Below, one piece after another: positions 28,966 to 38,602 of a stretch of DNA of 64,000 bases. Location of the stretch: the NCBI GenBank assembly GCA_965262815.1, contig OZ253560.1, positions 1,715,287 to 1,779,286 of the forward strand. Direction: 5' to 3'. The position numbers and the translations under genes were made by a program. Source of the stretch: a bacterium (GTDB lineage Bacteria > JAAXHH01). Under the pieces are notes generated by a model. The model worked only from the letters and a program-made list of their open reading frames with translations, did not search any database and was not told the DNA's origin. Positions within the stretch are counted from its first letter, which is position 1; every line of letters starts with the position of its first letter.

Positions 28966-29099
28966 AAAGGACACCACGCAAAGGCAGCCCCGGAGGCCCC
29001 GAAGACCGCCGATTTCACCTTGACCGCCAGCGCGGCGCCGGTTTATTCTTACCAGCGTAGAGAGGGCGCGTTTCAAAAACAAAAACACCAGGAGTTATC

Positions 29100-30068
29100 A
29101 TGGTCCACCACTTCGAACCCACCCGTTATCATACCACCATCGGTACCCATGAACCGGCCCTGCGCGTGAAAGACGGGGATACCGTCATCACGACGACAGT
29201 CGACGCAAGGGGGAAGGATCGTACCGACAAGCCCGTGACACCCCCCGGAAATCCGCAGACGGGACCCTTTCACGTCGAAGGCGCCGAACCGGGCGACACG
29301 CTCGCCGTCCACCTGGACAGACTGACGCCCAATCGTCCTTTCGGGTGGACCCGGCCCCTCGTGGCGGCCAACGTGCTCGACCCTGATTACGTGAGGGAAA
29401 CCGCCGGAGAGATCGAGAACCCGGATGACCTCTGCCGGTGGGAGATGGACCTGAACCGGCGTACGGTGACGCTGATCGAACCCGGTGATACCCGCCTCGG
29501 CCGGCTAACCCTTCCCATGGCCCCCATGGCCGGGTGCTTCGGTGTGGCGCCGCCCGGTGGCCAGGCGATCTCCACGGCCACGTCTTCCAGCCATGGCGGT
29601 AACATGGATTACCGCGGATTCGTGGAAGGGGTCACCGTGTACTTCCCCGTATTCGCATCCGGGGCCCTGTTTCACATCGGCGACGGCCACGCCTTGCAAG
29701 GTGATGGGGAAATAGTCGGCACGGGTATCGAGATCTCCTTCGACGCGCAGTTTACCTTACGCCTGCTCAAGGGGAAGCAAAGCGCCTGGCCCCGGGGAGA
29801 AAACGGGGACTACCTGTTCACGGCCGGCAACGCCCGGCCACTCGACCAGTGCGTCCAGCACGCGACCACGGAGATGCTGCGCTGGCTACAGGCCGACTAC
29901 GGCCTCGATCCCGGGTCGGCCCACACCCTCCTCGGCCAGTGCGTCGAGTACGACATGGGCAACGTGTACGATCCCGCGTACACCATGGTGTGCAAGATCA
30001 GGAAAGATCTGCTCGAAGGTTTGGGTATCGACACCCGTTCGATACACGCCGAGTTGGCCGGTAAATAA
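29100..30068 (+). CDS. Acetamidase/formamidase family amidohydrolase
   Basis: 322 aa with FmdA/AmdA-type conserved blocks (GPFHVEGAEPGDTL, HGGNMDYRGF, HIGDGHALQGDGE). Confidence 0.85.
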   Translation: MVHHFEPTRYHTTIGTHEPALRVKDGDTVITTTVDARGKDRTDKPVTPPGNPQTGPFHVEGAEPGDTLAVHLDRLTPNRPFGWTRPLVAANVLDPDYVRETAGEIENPDDLCRWEMDLNRRTVTLIEPGDTRLGRLTLPMAPMAGCFGVAPPGGQAISTATSSSHGGNMDYRGFVEGVTVYFPVFASGALFHIGDGHALQGDGEIVGTGIEISFDAQFTLRLLKGKQSAWPRGENGDYLFTAGNARPLDQCVQHATTEMLRWLQADYGLDPGSAHTLLGQCVEYDMGNVYDPAYTMVCKIRKDLLEGLGIDTRSIHAELAGK

Positions 30069-30083
30069 CTGTCATCACACAGA

Positions 30084-30845
30084 ATGGAGACTGTCATGCA
30101 TAGACTTGATGGACACGTGGCCTGGGTTACAGGCGCGGGAACCGGTATCGGACGCGGCATCGCCCTGGGCCTGGCCCATGAAGGCGTGGACGTGATCCTA
30201 TCCAGCAGGCGGCGCGAACCCCTCGAAGAGGTTGCCGCGGAGGTTGAGGCCGCCGGTCGTAGAGCGCTGGCAGCCCCCATGGACGTAACCGACCGGGAAC
30301 AGATCGACGAAGCGGTCGCCCTGGCGACGGAACAGTTGGGCCCCGTCTCTATCCTGGTGAACAACGCGGGCGTCAATACGCCCCTTCGTACCGCCACCGA
30401 GATGGCGGTGAAGGACTGGGATCTCGTGGTGGACATCAATCTCACGGGGGCGTTCAACTGTTTCCGCGCGGTTTACGAATCCATGAAGGAAAGGGGAGAA
30501 GGCACCGTGATCAACGTCGCTTCCATGGCCGGGCGCCAGGTGTCCCTGCTCGGCGGGGCCGCCTATTGCGCGTCCAAGCACGGCATGGTGTCGCTGACCC
30601 ATTCGATCAACCTGGAAGCCGCTGAGTTCGGTCTTCGCGCCTGCGCCATCCTGCCGGGCGAGGTGAAAACACCCATCCTTAAAAACAGGCCGCAGCCGGT
30701 ATCCGAAAAACGCCTGTCCCTGATGCTTACACCGGAAGACATCGCGGCCACGGTCCTATTCGTCACATGCCTGCCGCCCCGCGTGGTCATACCCGAAATG
30801 TGGGTCATGCCCGCTTACCAGGTATCGGCCCAGCCACTGCCGTGA
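30084..30845 (+). CDS. SDR family short-chain dehydrogenase/reductase
   Basis: TGAGTGIGRGIA glycine-rich loop, NNAG, catalytic YCASK. Confidence 0.88.
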   Translation: METVMHRLDGHVAWVTGAGTGIGRGIALGLAHEGVDVILSSRRREPLEEVAAEVEAAGRRALAAPMDVTDREQIDEAVALATEQLGPVSILVNNAGVNTPLRTATEMAVKDWDLVVDINLTGAFNCFRAVYESMKERGEGTVINVASMAGRQVSLLGGAAYCASKHGMVSLTHSINLEAAEFGLRACAILPGEVKTPILKNRPQPVSEKRLSLMLTPEDIAATVLFVTCLPPRVVIPEMWVMPAYQVSAQPLP

Positions 30846-30905
30846 AATCGCCGCGGGGACGCGATACGGGGTCTCCCCGGGAGGCTTGACCTCCCTGTTT
30901 ACCGA

Positions 30906-30934
30906 TTGACAGAACGGGGTCAGGGGCGTACTTT
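30906..30934 (+). promoter_or_regulatory. Putative promoter TTGACA-N17-TACTTT upstream of the first sigma-54 activator gene
   Basis: TTGACAgaacggggtcaggggcgTACTTT. The -10 element is weak. Confidence 0.3.
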
Positions 30935-31026
30935 CGAGTCAACGGCGTATCGACAGGAGTCCACGTTAAGGAGGCTCCGAGTCGAGCAGGTGGCATGATC
31001 TCGCCGTGCCCGAAGCATCGTCCTGA

Positions 31027-32727
31027 ATGGAAGCCGCGTCGACCTGTCCCCCGCCTACCAATCCCGAAACCATGGACGTTCAGATAGAAACCGCCATCCT
31101 GCTGGTTGAAGACTCCTCCCGCGGCCGTGACGAGAAGCACTACGGCCTGACCCAGCGCGGTTACCGCGTGATCGCCGTGGAAAACAGCGACCACGCCCTC
31201 AACGTCCTGGCCACGGAATCCACGAACGTCATCATATCGGATCTGAACGCGCCCGGGATCGACGGGCTGCGCCTGATGAGCGTCGCACTCGGCAGGAATC
31301 CCGAGGTCGGTGTCATCCTGATGACCGAACCGGGTTCCATGGATCTTGCCGTCGCCGCCATGAAGGAGGGGGCGTACGATGTGCTGGAAAAACCCGTATA
31401 CGTGGAGAAGCTTGCGGCAGAAATCGACAAGATCCGGGAGCGGCAGCACATTGTGCAGGAAAACCGAGAGCTGCTGCACCAGCTGGACTCCCGCTATGGT
31501 TTCGAGAATATCGTGGGCCGGTCCGCGTCCATGCAGCGCATACGGGACCAGATCCTCCAGATCGCGGATACCCAGTCGACGGTACTGATTTTCGGCGCAA
31601 GCGGTACGGGCAAGGAACTGGTGGCCCACGCTTTACATCAGGCCAGTTCACGGAGGGACAGGTCCTTCGTGCCGGTCTTCTGCAACGCCCTCTCGGAAGG
31701 GGTGATCGAAAGCGAACTGTTCGGACACGAAAGAGGAGCGTTCACGAACGCGGTCAAGACGTACAAGGGGCGTTTCGAACTGGCCGACGGAGGCACGCTC
31801 TTTCTCGACGAGGTCGGCGAACTTTCGCCGTCCACGCAGGTGAAACTATTGCGGGTCCTGCAGGAACGCAAGTTCCAGCGCGTGGGGAGTACGAACTGGC
31901 TCCGGACGGACACCCGGGTCATCGCGGCGACGAACCTCGACCTCGAAGCCGAAATCGAAAAGGGACGTTTCCGTGAAGACCTGTATTACCGGCTCCGGGT
32001 AGTAACTCTTTCCCTCCCGCCTCTTCGAGAACGTAAGGAAGACCTCCCCCTGCTGATCGACCACTGCATCCGTCGGTTCAGCGAACGGGAAAACAAGCGG
32101 ATCGAGCGCATCGACCAGCAGGCCCTGGAGTTGCTGTCGACCTACCACTGGCCCGGAAACGTCCGGCAGCTCGAAAACTGCATCGAAGGCATGATCGTCA
32201 TGGGGGCCGGGGAAACGCTGACGGTGGCGGATGTCCCCGAGTTCGTTCGGCATCCCCAGGCGGAACCGCTGTCGGGCGCGTTGAACGACGATCCGGAACA
32301 TGGTGACGGCCTGACGCCGGATTTCATCCAATACCTGGCCATGAAGGTCGCCGAACAACGTAACGTACCCGTCAGGAACGTCACCGACGGGGCGCTGGCC
32401 ATCCTGGCCGCCGTCGACTGGTCGAAGGACGGCGGATCACTGCGTCGATGCCTGGAAACCATGGTATTGCTCGCCGATGGATCCGAGCTGGACGTGGAGG
32501 ACATCCCGGCGGAATACCTGCCCGACCTGTCGAAGCAATCCGGCGCGGACGAGGAGGACGAAGACGGGGTGGACATCCGCGTAGGCATGTCGATGAAAGA
32601 AAGCGAACGAAGGCTGATCGCCGCGACCCTGGCCGCGTGTGGACAGAACAAGGCGCGGACCGCCCGGGTACTTCAGATCGGCCAGAGAACCCTGTTTCGG
32701 AAAATCAAGACCTATCACCTGGAGTAG
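31027..32727 (+). CDS. NtrC-family response regulator / sigma-54 enhancer-binding protein with non-canonical GAFTNA motif
   Basis: Receiver domain (ILLVEDSS...IISDLNAPGIDG), AAA+ sigma-54 interaction domain (GASGTGKELVAHALH, ESELFGHERGAFTNA, R-finger), a long linker, and a Fis-type HTH (ARTARVLQIGQRTLFRKIKTYHLE). The start could instead be MDVQIETA at 31072. Confidence 0.85.
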   Translation: MEAASTCPPPTNPETMDVQIETAILLVEDSSRGRDEKHYGLTQRGYRVIAVENSDHALNVLATESTNVIISDLNAPGIDGLRLMSVALGRNPEVGVILMTEPGSMDLAVAAMKEGAYDVLEKPVYVEKLAAEIDKIRERQHIVQENRELLHQLDSRYGFENIVGRSASMQRIRDQILQIADTQSTVLIFGASGTGKELVAHALHQASSRRDRSFVPVFCNALSEGVIESELFGHERGAFTNAVKTYKGRFELADGGTLFLDEVGELSPSTQVKLLRVLQERKFQRVGSTNWLRTDTRVIAATNLDLEAEIEKGRFREDLYYRLRVVTLSLPPLRERKEDLPLLIDHCIRRFSERENKRIERIDQQALELLSTYHWPGNVRQLENCIEGMIVMGAGETLTVADVPEFVRHPQAEPLSGALNDDPEHGDGLTPDFIQYLAMKVAEQRNVPVRNVTDGALAILAAVDWSKDGGSLRRCLETMVLLADGSELDVEDIPAEYLPDLSKQSGADEEDEDGVDIRVGMSMKESERRLIAATLAACGQNKARTARVLQIGQRTLFRKIKTYHLE

Positions 32728-32746
32728 TCTTCCAAGGAGTCCCGGA

Positions 32747-34279
32747 GTGGAAGGTCGGACGATACTCGTCGTGGATGGCGAAACGGACAGCCAGAGGCAC
32801 GCGGTGCGTATCCTGCGGGAAGCGGGATACGAAGCAAAGGGGACCGGCGACGCGGCCGAGGCGTTGAGCGTGATGAGGAAGGACCACCCTTCCGCCGTGC
32901 TCATCGATCTCACCCTGAACGACACCGACCCGGACCGCCTCATTCGCACCATTTCGGGGAAGCACCCCGATACGGACATCATCCTCACCACGCGGCAGCA
33001 CCAGCCGCCCCGGCAGTACCGCCAGCTCGACGCCAGCGACTATATCGAAAAACCCGTAGATCCCGAAGAACTGCTTACGAAGATGCGCATGCTGGACCTG
33101 AGACGGGAGTTTCACCACATGTTCCAGCTTGTGGGAAGAGACGAACGCTTCATCGCCGCCATCGAGTCGGTGCTCCAGGTGGCGCCCACGGGTATCCAGG
33201 TTCTGCTCACCGGCGAAAGCGGTACCGGCAAGGAAGGGTTCGCCCGGGCGATCCACCATTACAGCGACCGGCGAGACGGTCCCTTCATACCGATCAACTG
33301 CGGGGCCATCGCCGAAGGGATATTGGAAAGCGAGCTGTTTGGCCACGAAAAAGGCGCGTTCACGGACGCGAAGGGTCAGCGGAAGGGATACTTCGAGCAG
33401 GCGGACGGGGGAACGCTGCTTCTCGACGAGATCGGTGAGATGCCCCGTACCACGCAGGTAAAGCTGTTGCGCGTCCTGGAGCAGCAGGAATTCATCCGGG
33501 TCGGCGGATCGACGCCGGTGAAGATTAACGTCCGGCTGATCGCGTCGACCAACCGGGACCTCGCCGAGGAGATCCGCGATGGGACCTTTCGCCAGGATCT
33601 CTACTATCGGCTCAACGCCGTGCGCATCCATCTGCCGGCCTTACGTGAACGCCGAGAAGACATCCCCAGGCTGATTCACCATTTCCTTCACGAGGCACGG
33701 GAAAGACATGGCGTGTCTCCCCCTGTCTTCACGGCGGAAACCCTCGCGACGCTCTCGGACTACGAGTGGCCGGGGAACATCCGGGAACTGCGCAACCTCG
33801 TCGAAACCCTGGTGGTTACGGCCGGTAAACCCCGGATTGACGCGGACGACCTGCCGGACGCCATCTATACGCCGCCCATGTCGAACCGCGCCCTGCCGGT
33901 CCCGCAGAACCGGAATCCGGAGGACATGGACCGGGAGATGTTCTACAAGATCCTGTGGCAGATCCTTACAGCCATTCACGACCTTCCTTCCAAGATCACA
34001 ACCGCCTTCGGCGGGGGAAATCCCGCCCAGCTGCCGGAACGCTTGCAGCTTCCCGCCGCCGTGGAAGAGGAACAGGACATCGAACCTCCCGCCATGGGGG
34101 TTTCGGACAGCGGCGACCTGGACCGGCTGCGCACGATGGGAGACTGGGAACGGGAGGCCATACGGCGCGCCCTCGAGCGCAACGAAGGCCACCGTGGCAA
34201 GGCCGCGCGGGATCTCGGCATCAGCGAGCGGTCTATATACCGCAAGATAAAGGACTACGGTCTGGACGACCGCGCCTGA
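32747..34279 (+). CDS. NtrC-family response regulator / sigma-54 enhancer-binding protein with non-canonical GAFTDA motif
   Basis: GTG start after GGAG. Receiver domain (ILVVDGETD...LIDLTLNDTD), AAA+ domain (GESGTGKEGFARAIH, ESELFGHEKGAFTDA), and HTH (ARDLGISERSIYRKIKDYGL). Confidence 0.85.
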   Translation: MEGRTILVVDGETDSQRHAVRILREAGYEAKGTGDAAEALSVMRKDHPSAVLIDLTLNDTDPDRLIRTISGKHPDTDIILTTRQHQPPRQYRQLDASDYIEKPVDPEELLTKMRMLDLRREFHHMFQLVGRDERFIAAIESVLQVAPTGIQVLLTGESGTGKEGFARAIHHYSDRRDGPFIPINCGAIAEGILESELFGHEKGAFTDAKGQRKGYFEQADGGTLLLDEIGEMPRTTQVKLLRVLEQQEFIRVGGSTPVKINVRLIASTNRDLAEEIRDGTFRQDLYYRLNAVRIHLPALRERREDIPRLIHHFLHEARERHGVSPPVFTAETLATLSDYEWPGNIRELRNLVETLVVTAGKPRIDADDLPDAIYTPPMSNRALPVPQNRNPEDMDREMFYKILWQILTAIHDLPSKITTAFGGGNPAQLPERLQLPAAVEEEQDIEPPAMGVSDSGDLDRLRTMGDWEREAIRRALERNEGHRGKAARDLGISERSIYRKIKDYGLDDRA

Positions 34280-34311
34280 CCACGTCCGTTGAGCAGCCCG
34301 CGGAAAAAGGC

Positions 34312-34341
34312 TTGACAATCCACCCCCTGAATACCGAATAT
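34312..34341 (+). promoter_or_regulatory. Sigma-70-type promoter upstream of trxA (TTGACA-N17/18-GAATAT)
   Basis: cTTGACAAtccaccccctgaataccGAATAT. Confidence 0.45.
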
Positions 34342-34386
34342 GCGTGGGATCGATTTTTACCCAAAACTGGGAAAGGAGCAGTAAAA

Positions 34387-34710
34387 GTGGCACATCCTAC
34401 ACCGATCACGGATGATCAGTTCGAGTCCGAGGTGATCAATAGCAGCACCCCCGTGCTGGTCGATTTCTGGGCGGAATGGTGCGGACCCTGCAAGGCCGTC
34501 GCCCCCACCCTGGTAGAACTTGCAGACGACTACGACGGGCGCTTGAAAGTCGTCAAGGTCGACGTGGACGAAAATCGGGAAGCAGCGACCCGTTTTGGAA
34601 TCCGGAGCATACCGAGCCTGTTGATATTCAAGGGCGGCGCCGAGGTGGACCGTATCATCGGCGCGCTCCCCAAGCAGCAACTCGCCGAAAAGATCGACGG
34701 TCACCTGTAG
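34387..34710 (+). CDS. trxA: Thioredoxin
   Basis: WCGPCK active site, 107 aa, GTG start after AAAGGAG. Confidence 0.93.
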   Translation: MAHPTPITDDQFESEVINSSTPVLVDFWAEWCGPCKAVAPTLVELADDYDGRLKVVKVDVDENREAATRFGIRSIPSLLIFKGGAEVDRIIGALPKQQLAEKIDGHL

Positions 34711-34748
34711 GCGCGACCAAGTGAACGCGAAACGGGGATTAACACGTA

Positions 34749-34784
34749 AGCCGGGACGGCCGACAACTGCTCTCCCGGCTTTTT
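34749..34784 (+). terminator. Rho-independent terminator after trxA
   Basis: aagccggga-N16-tcccggctttttg. Confidence 0.55.
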
Positions 34785-34831
34785 GTATGCAATCCGGCTT
34801 GAACGAACGAAAGAGAACCAGGGACTAGCGC

Positions 34832-35752
34832 ATGCTGGGCGTCGTACGAAGACTGAGGGACGGGCTGGCCAAGACGCGGGACGGATTGATTCGCAGCATC
34901 GATCGGGCCGTGGTTCGGTATGACCGCATCGACGAGGACCTGTTGGAGGAAATCGAATCCATCCTCCTGCAGACTGACGTGGGCATGGAAACAACCATGC
35001 GGATCATCGACGGACTCCGCGACCGGGCGGTCGGCCAGCGGACCCGAAATCCAGCAGATCTCCTGCGGCTGCTCCGCGAAGAGATGGCGGGTATCCTGGA
35101 CCGCCTTGGCGATACCCCGAACCCGGAAACTGACCACCGTCCCCACGTCGTCATGATCGTGGGGGTCAACGGTACGGGCAAGACGACGACCGCCGGCAAG
35201 ATGGCGGCGCGATATGCCAGAGAGGGGAAGAAAGTCCTGCTGGCCGCGGCCGATACGTTTCGCGCGGCGGCCATAGACCAGCTGGAGATCTGGGCGCGCC
35301 GCGCGGAAGCGGATATCATCCGGCATCAGCATGGATCCGATCCTTCGGCCGTCGTCTTCGACGCGATGCAGGCCGCCATGGCCCGGAAGTCGGATGTCGT
35401 AATCATCGACACGGCAGGCAGGCTCCACACCAGGGACAACCTGATGGAAGAACTGAAAAAGATCCAGCGTACCCTGGGCAAGCAAATGGCCGGAGCCCCC
35501 CACGAAATGCTGCTCGTCCTCGACGGCACGACGGGCCAGAACGCGTTGTCCCAGGCCCGCGTTTTCAACGAAGCCATGGGCGGACTGACGGGCATCGCGT
35601 TGACGAAGCTGGACGGAACCGCCCGGGGAGGTATCGTGTTCGCCATCGGTGTCCAGCTGGCGATCCCCGTCAAACTGATCGGCGTGGGCGAAGGCATCGA
35701 GGATCTGCAGGATTTCGACGCCCCCGCCTTCGTGGACGCCCTCTTCAACTGA
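34832..35752 (+). CDS. ftsY: Signal recognition particle receptor FtsY (short form, NG domain)
   Basis: N domain plus GTPase G1 GVNGTGKTTT, DTAGR and TKLDG motifs. 306 aa. Confidence 0.93.
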   Translation: MLGVVRRLRDGLAKTRDGLIRSIDRAVVRYDRIDEDLLEEIESILLQTDVGMETTMRIIDGLRDRAVGQRTRNPADLLRLLREEMAGILDRLGDTPNPETDHRPHVVMIVGVNGTGKTTTAGKMAARYAREGKKVLLAAADTFRAAAIDQLEIWARRAEADIIRHQHGSDPSAVVFDAMQAAMARKSDVVIIDTAGRLHTRDNLMEELKKIQRTLGKQMAGAPHEMLLVLDGTTGQNALSQARVFNEAMGGLTGIALTKLDGTARGGIVFAIGVQLAIPVKLIGVGEGIEDLQDFDAPAFVDALFN

Positions 35753-35768
35753 TCCCAGGGAGAACTTC

Positions 35769-36992
35769 ATGCCCCGACTGGCCATAAACGGTGCGTCACC
35801 GGTACGGACTGAACCCTTCCCCGCCTGGCCCATGAACCTGGAAGCAAGCGCCCGGGCCGCCAGTGAAACCATAGGCTCGGGAAAATGGGGAAGCAACCAC
35901 GGCGAGAAAGTACGAAGCTTCGAAAAGCGCTTCGCCGCGTTCCAGCAAGCCGCCCACGGCATCGCCGTCAGCAACGGCACCACGGCGCTGTGTCTCGCAC
36001 TGCAGGCGGTCGGCATCGAACCCGGCGACGAAGTCATCGTTCCGGCCTATACGTTCATCGCGTCGGCCAGCGCAATCGTGATGTCGAATGCCATACCCGT
36101 GTTCGTCGACATCGATCCCGATTCCTACAACCTGGATCCCCACCTGGTCGAACAAGCGGTAACTCCGCGAACCAGGGCCGTGGTCGCGGTTCATTTCGCG
36201 GGCCTGCCGGCGGACATGGACCGGCTCGGCGATATCGCGAATCGGCACGGCCTGACCGTGATAGAGGACGCGGCCCAGGCCCACGGCGCGCGATGGGGAG
36301 GACAGGGCGTGGGCGGTATCGGCGCGATGGGGGCCTTCAGCTTCCAGTCATCCAAAAACCTCAACGCCGGCGAGGGCGGCATCGTGCTGACCAACGACGA
36401 CGGTCTGGCGGAAGCGGCGCGGTCCCTCGCCGACTGCGGACACGTCCCATCGGAACCCCGGTACAACCACTACAGCGTGGCCGGCAACCACCGTATGACC
36501 GAAATGCAGGGCGCCCTGCTCCTGGTCCAGATGGAATATCTCGAGGCGCAGGCAAGCAAGCGCCACGAGAACGGCGACTACCTGACCGAACGGCTCGGGA
36601 ATATCGACGGTATCCTTCCGGTGTCCAGACCCGCGAAGGCCGACCGCCACGCGCGGCATCTCTACCTGTTCAGATACAACGACGAAGCCTTCCGGGGCAT
36701 CCCGAAATCTCGGTTCATCGAGGCCCTGCGCGCGGAAGGTATTCCCGCCAGTCCCGGTTACTCCATTCCCCTGTACAAGCAGCCGGTCTTCAGGGAGCGG
36801 AACTACGGCATTTACCAAAGTAATGCGCTGTCGGCCATCGAATTCGGCAGGATGAATCTGCCGGTAACGGAAAGGGCATGCAGTTCGGAGTCGGTCTGGT
36901 TCACGCAGAATGTGCTGCTGGGCAACCGGGGGGACATGGACGATATCGTCCGGGCCGTCGCGAAGATAGGGGATCACCGCGACGAACTGTAG
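35769..36992 (+). CDS. DegT/DnrJ/EryC1/StrS family PLP-dependent aminotransferase
   Basis: Fold-type I sugar aminotransferase blocks (AVSNGTTAL, VIVPAYTF, IEDAAQAHGA, SFQSSKNL with the PLP lysine). Confidence 0.85.
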   Translation: MPRLAINGASPVRTEPFPAWPMNLEASARAASETIGSGKWGSNHGEKVRSFEKRFAAFQQAAHGIAVSNGTTALCLALQAVGIEPGDEVIVPAYTFIASASAIVMSNAIPVFVDIDPDSYNLDPHLVEQAVTPRTRAVVAVHFAGLPADMDRLGDIANRHGLTVIEDAAQAHGARWGGQGVGGIGAMGAFSFQSSKNLNAGEGGIVLTNDDGLAEAARSLADCGHVPSEPRYNHYSVAGNHRMTEMQGALLLVQMEYLEAQASKRHENGDYLTERLGNIDGILPVSRPAKADRHARHLYLFRYNDEAFRGIPKSRFIEALRAEGIPASPGYSIPLYKQPVFRERNYGIYQSNALSAIEFGRMNLPVTERACSSESVWFTQNVLLGNRGDMDDIVRAVAKIGDHRDEL

Positions 36993-37027
36993 GATGGCGG
37001 TCAATCCTGCCGGCGGATACTTCCCGC

Positions 37028-38119
37028 TTACGCTTCTTCCTTCACCGTGGATAGAAGATGGACCGGCTTTCCTCCGGACCGCCGGAACTCGATCAACTCG
37101 GCCATGATGCTGACCGCGATCTCCTCGGGGGTATCGGCCTGAATCTCCACGCCGATCGGCGCGTGCACCTGGTCCAGCAGGTGCCTGGGCGTTCCCTTTT
37201 CTTCCAGTTTCTTCCACATCAGGGCGATTTTCCGGCGGCTGCCGATCATGCCGATGTACGCGGCGTCGGTCCACACCGCCTGCTCGATGACGGGCTGGTC
37301 CCACTGGTGGCCCCGGGTCACGGCGATCAGGTAGGATGAACCGTCGATGGCCAGCTTGCCGACGACCTCGTCGAAGGCATCCACGACCACCTCGGCGGCC
37401 TCGGGAAACCGTTCATGGTTCGCGAACGCCGGGCGGTCGTCCACCACGATGATCCTGAATCCCACGGTAGCGGCGAGCCGGGCAATGGCCCTGCCGACGT
37501 GACCGCCGCCGAAAAGGAACAGTTGCGGCGCCGGCCAGATGGACTCGATGAAGACCCGGGTCTCCACTCCTTCGTGTTCCAGCGTGACCACCTTCAGCAG
37601 GTTCTCCGTAATTTCGATGTCCGAATCCAGACGGACCCGGTCATCCAGGGCGGGGTCTCCCAGCGTTCCGATGGTCTCTCCCGACCCGGTAACCAGCATC
37701 TTGCTGCCTTCCGCACCGACTTGTCCCGACACCAGTGTGGCCAACAGTCCGATACCCCGCGTGTCATGGAGGCGGCGGATCGCTTCGAACACCTCCTGCA
37801 TCGATCCCGAATTGATCGGTTCGGTGAAAATCTCCACGTTACCGCCGCAGTTCAGGCCCTCGTCGCCGGCGTGCTTCTCGGTCAGAATGAAATGCTGCAA
37901 CCGGGGCGAAGACCTTTCCATCACCTCCCGCGCCTCGGCCCAGACGTCTGCTTCCAGGCAACCTCCGCCCACCGTTCCCGTGAAGGTACCGTCGCTCTTG
38001 ACGAGCATTTTCGCCTTCTTGCTCATCGGCAGCGATCCCTTGCTCGATACGATGGTGGACAGCGCCGCCCGTTCACCCCGCGACAGTACTTCCACGACCT
38101 CGTCGAATACTTCTTTCAT
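37028..38119 (-). CDS. XdhC/CoxI-family molybdenum-cofactor insertion/maturation protein
   Basis: N-terminal XdhC_CoxI domain (ERAALSTIVSSKGSLP...GTVGGGC) and a C-terminal Rossmann-like XdhC_C (LFLFGGGHVGRAIARLAATVGFRIIVVDDR). Confidence 0.8.
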   Translation of the reverse strand: MKEVFDEVVEVLSRGERAALSTIVSSKGSLPMSKKAKMLVKSDGTFTGTVGGGCLEADVWAEAREVMERSSPRLQHFILTEKHAGDEGLNCGGNVEIFTEPINSGSMQEVFEAIRRLHDTRGIGLLATLVSGQVGAEGSKMLVTGSGETIGTLGDPALDDRVRLDSDIEITENLLKVVTLEHEGVETRVFIESIWPAPQLFLFGGGHVGRAIARLAATVGFRIIVVDDRPAFANHERFPEAAEVVVDAFDEVVGKLAIDGSSYLIAVTRGHQWDQPVIEQAVWTDAAYIGMIGSRRKIALMWKKLEEKGTPRHLLDQVHAPIGVEIQADTPEEIAVSIMAELIEFRRSGGKPVHLLSTVKEEA

Positions 38120-38140
38120 GAGCCTGCTCCCGATGAAGGG

Positions 38141-38602
38141 TCATACCACCTTGACGGGAATCTCCATGAATCCCGTCTCGTCGTCGACCCACCGGTACAT
38201 CCTGATTTCGCTCACGGTATCGCCCGTAGCGGAAAGGACCAGGTAACCCGGTTCCGGGTCCAACCAGTCGGTCAAGGCTTCCATCCGGTCCTTTTCGGAG
38301 AAATACGCCGGTTGGTCCGGGTGGGAATGGTAGAATCCGATGACCCGCGCGCCGGGTGGTTCGAACCTTCCGAAGAACAACGTCTCCATGTCCTCACGGC
38401 CGAATACGTAGGCGGTCCGGGCATCCCTGGGATACTGGGCCGGATCCTTCGCGTGCAGTTCGTTCTGAATGTTCGTACAACGGTGTACCCGCCAGGTATC
38501 CGGATCATCCGCTCCCGTGAGAAAACCACAGCACTCCTGCGGATACTCCTCGACGGCATGGGCGGCCATGTCGTCGTACACGGCCCGGGGGATCGGCAGC
38601 AT
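38141..38602 (-). CDS. JAMM/MPN+ (Mov34) family metalloprotease
   Basis: JAMM motif E(x)n-HSHPDQPAYFSEKD with the upstream EEYPQECCGFLTG. 153 aa. The start overlaps the mrp stop by 1 nt. Confidence 0.8.
   Translation of the reverse strand: MLPIPRAVYDDMAAHAVEEYPQECCGFLTGADDPDTWRVHRCTNIQNELHAKDPAQYPRDARTAYVFGREDMETLFFGRFEPPGARVIGFYHSHPDQPAYFSEKDRMEALTDWLDPEPGYLVLSATGDTVSEIRMYRWVDDETGFMEIPVKVV

Noticed and set aside
32437-33631. Minus-strand ORFs 32437..32991 and 32705..33631
   Set aside because: They are antisense to the two sigma-54 activator genes.
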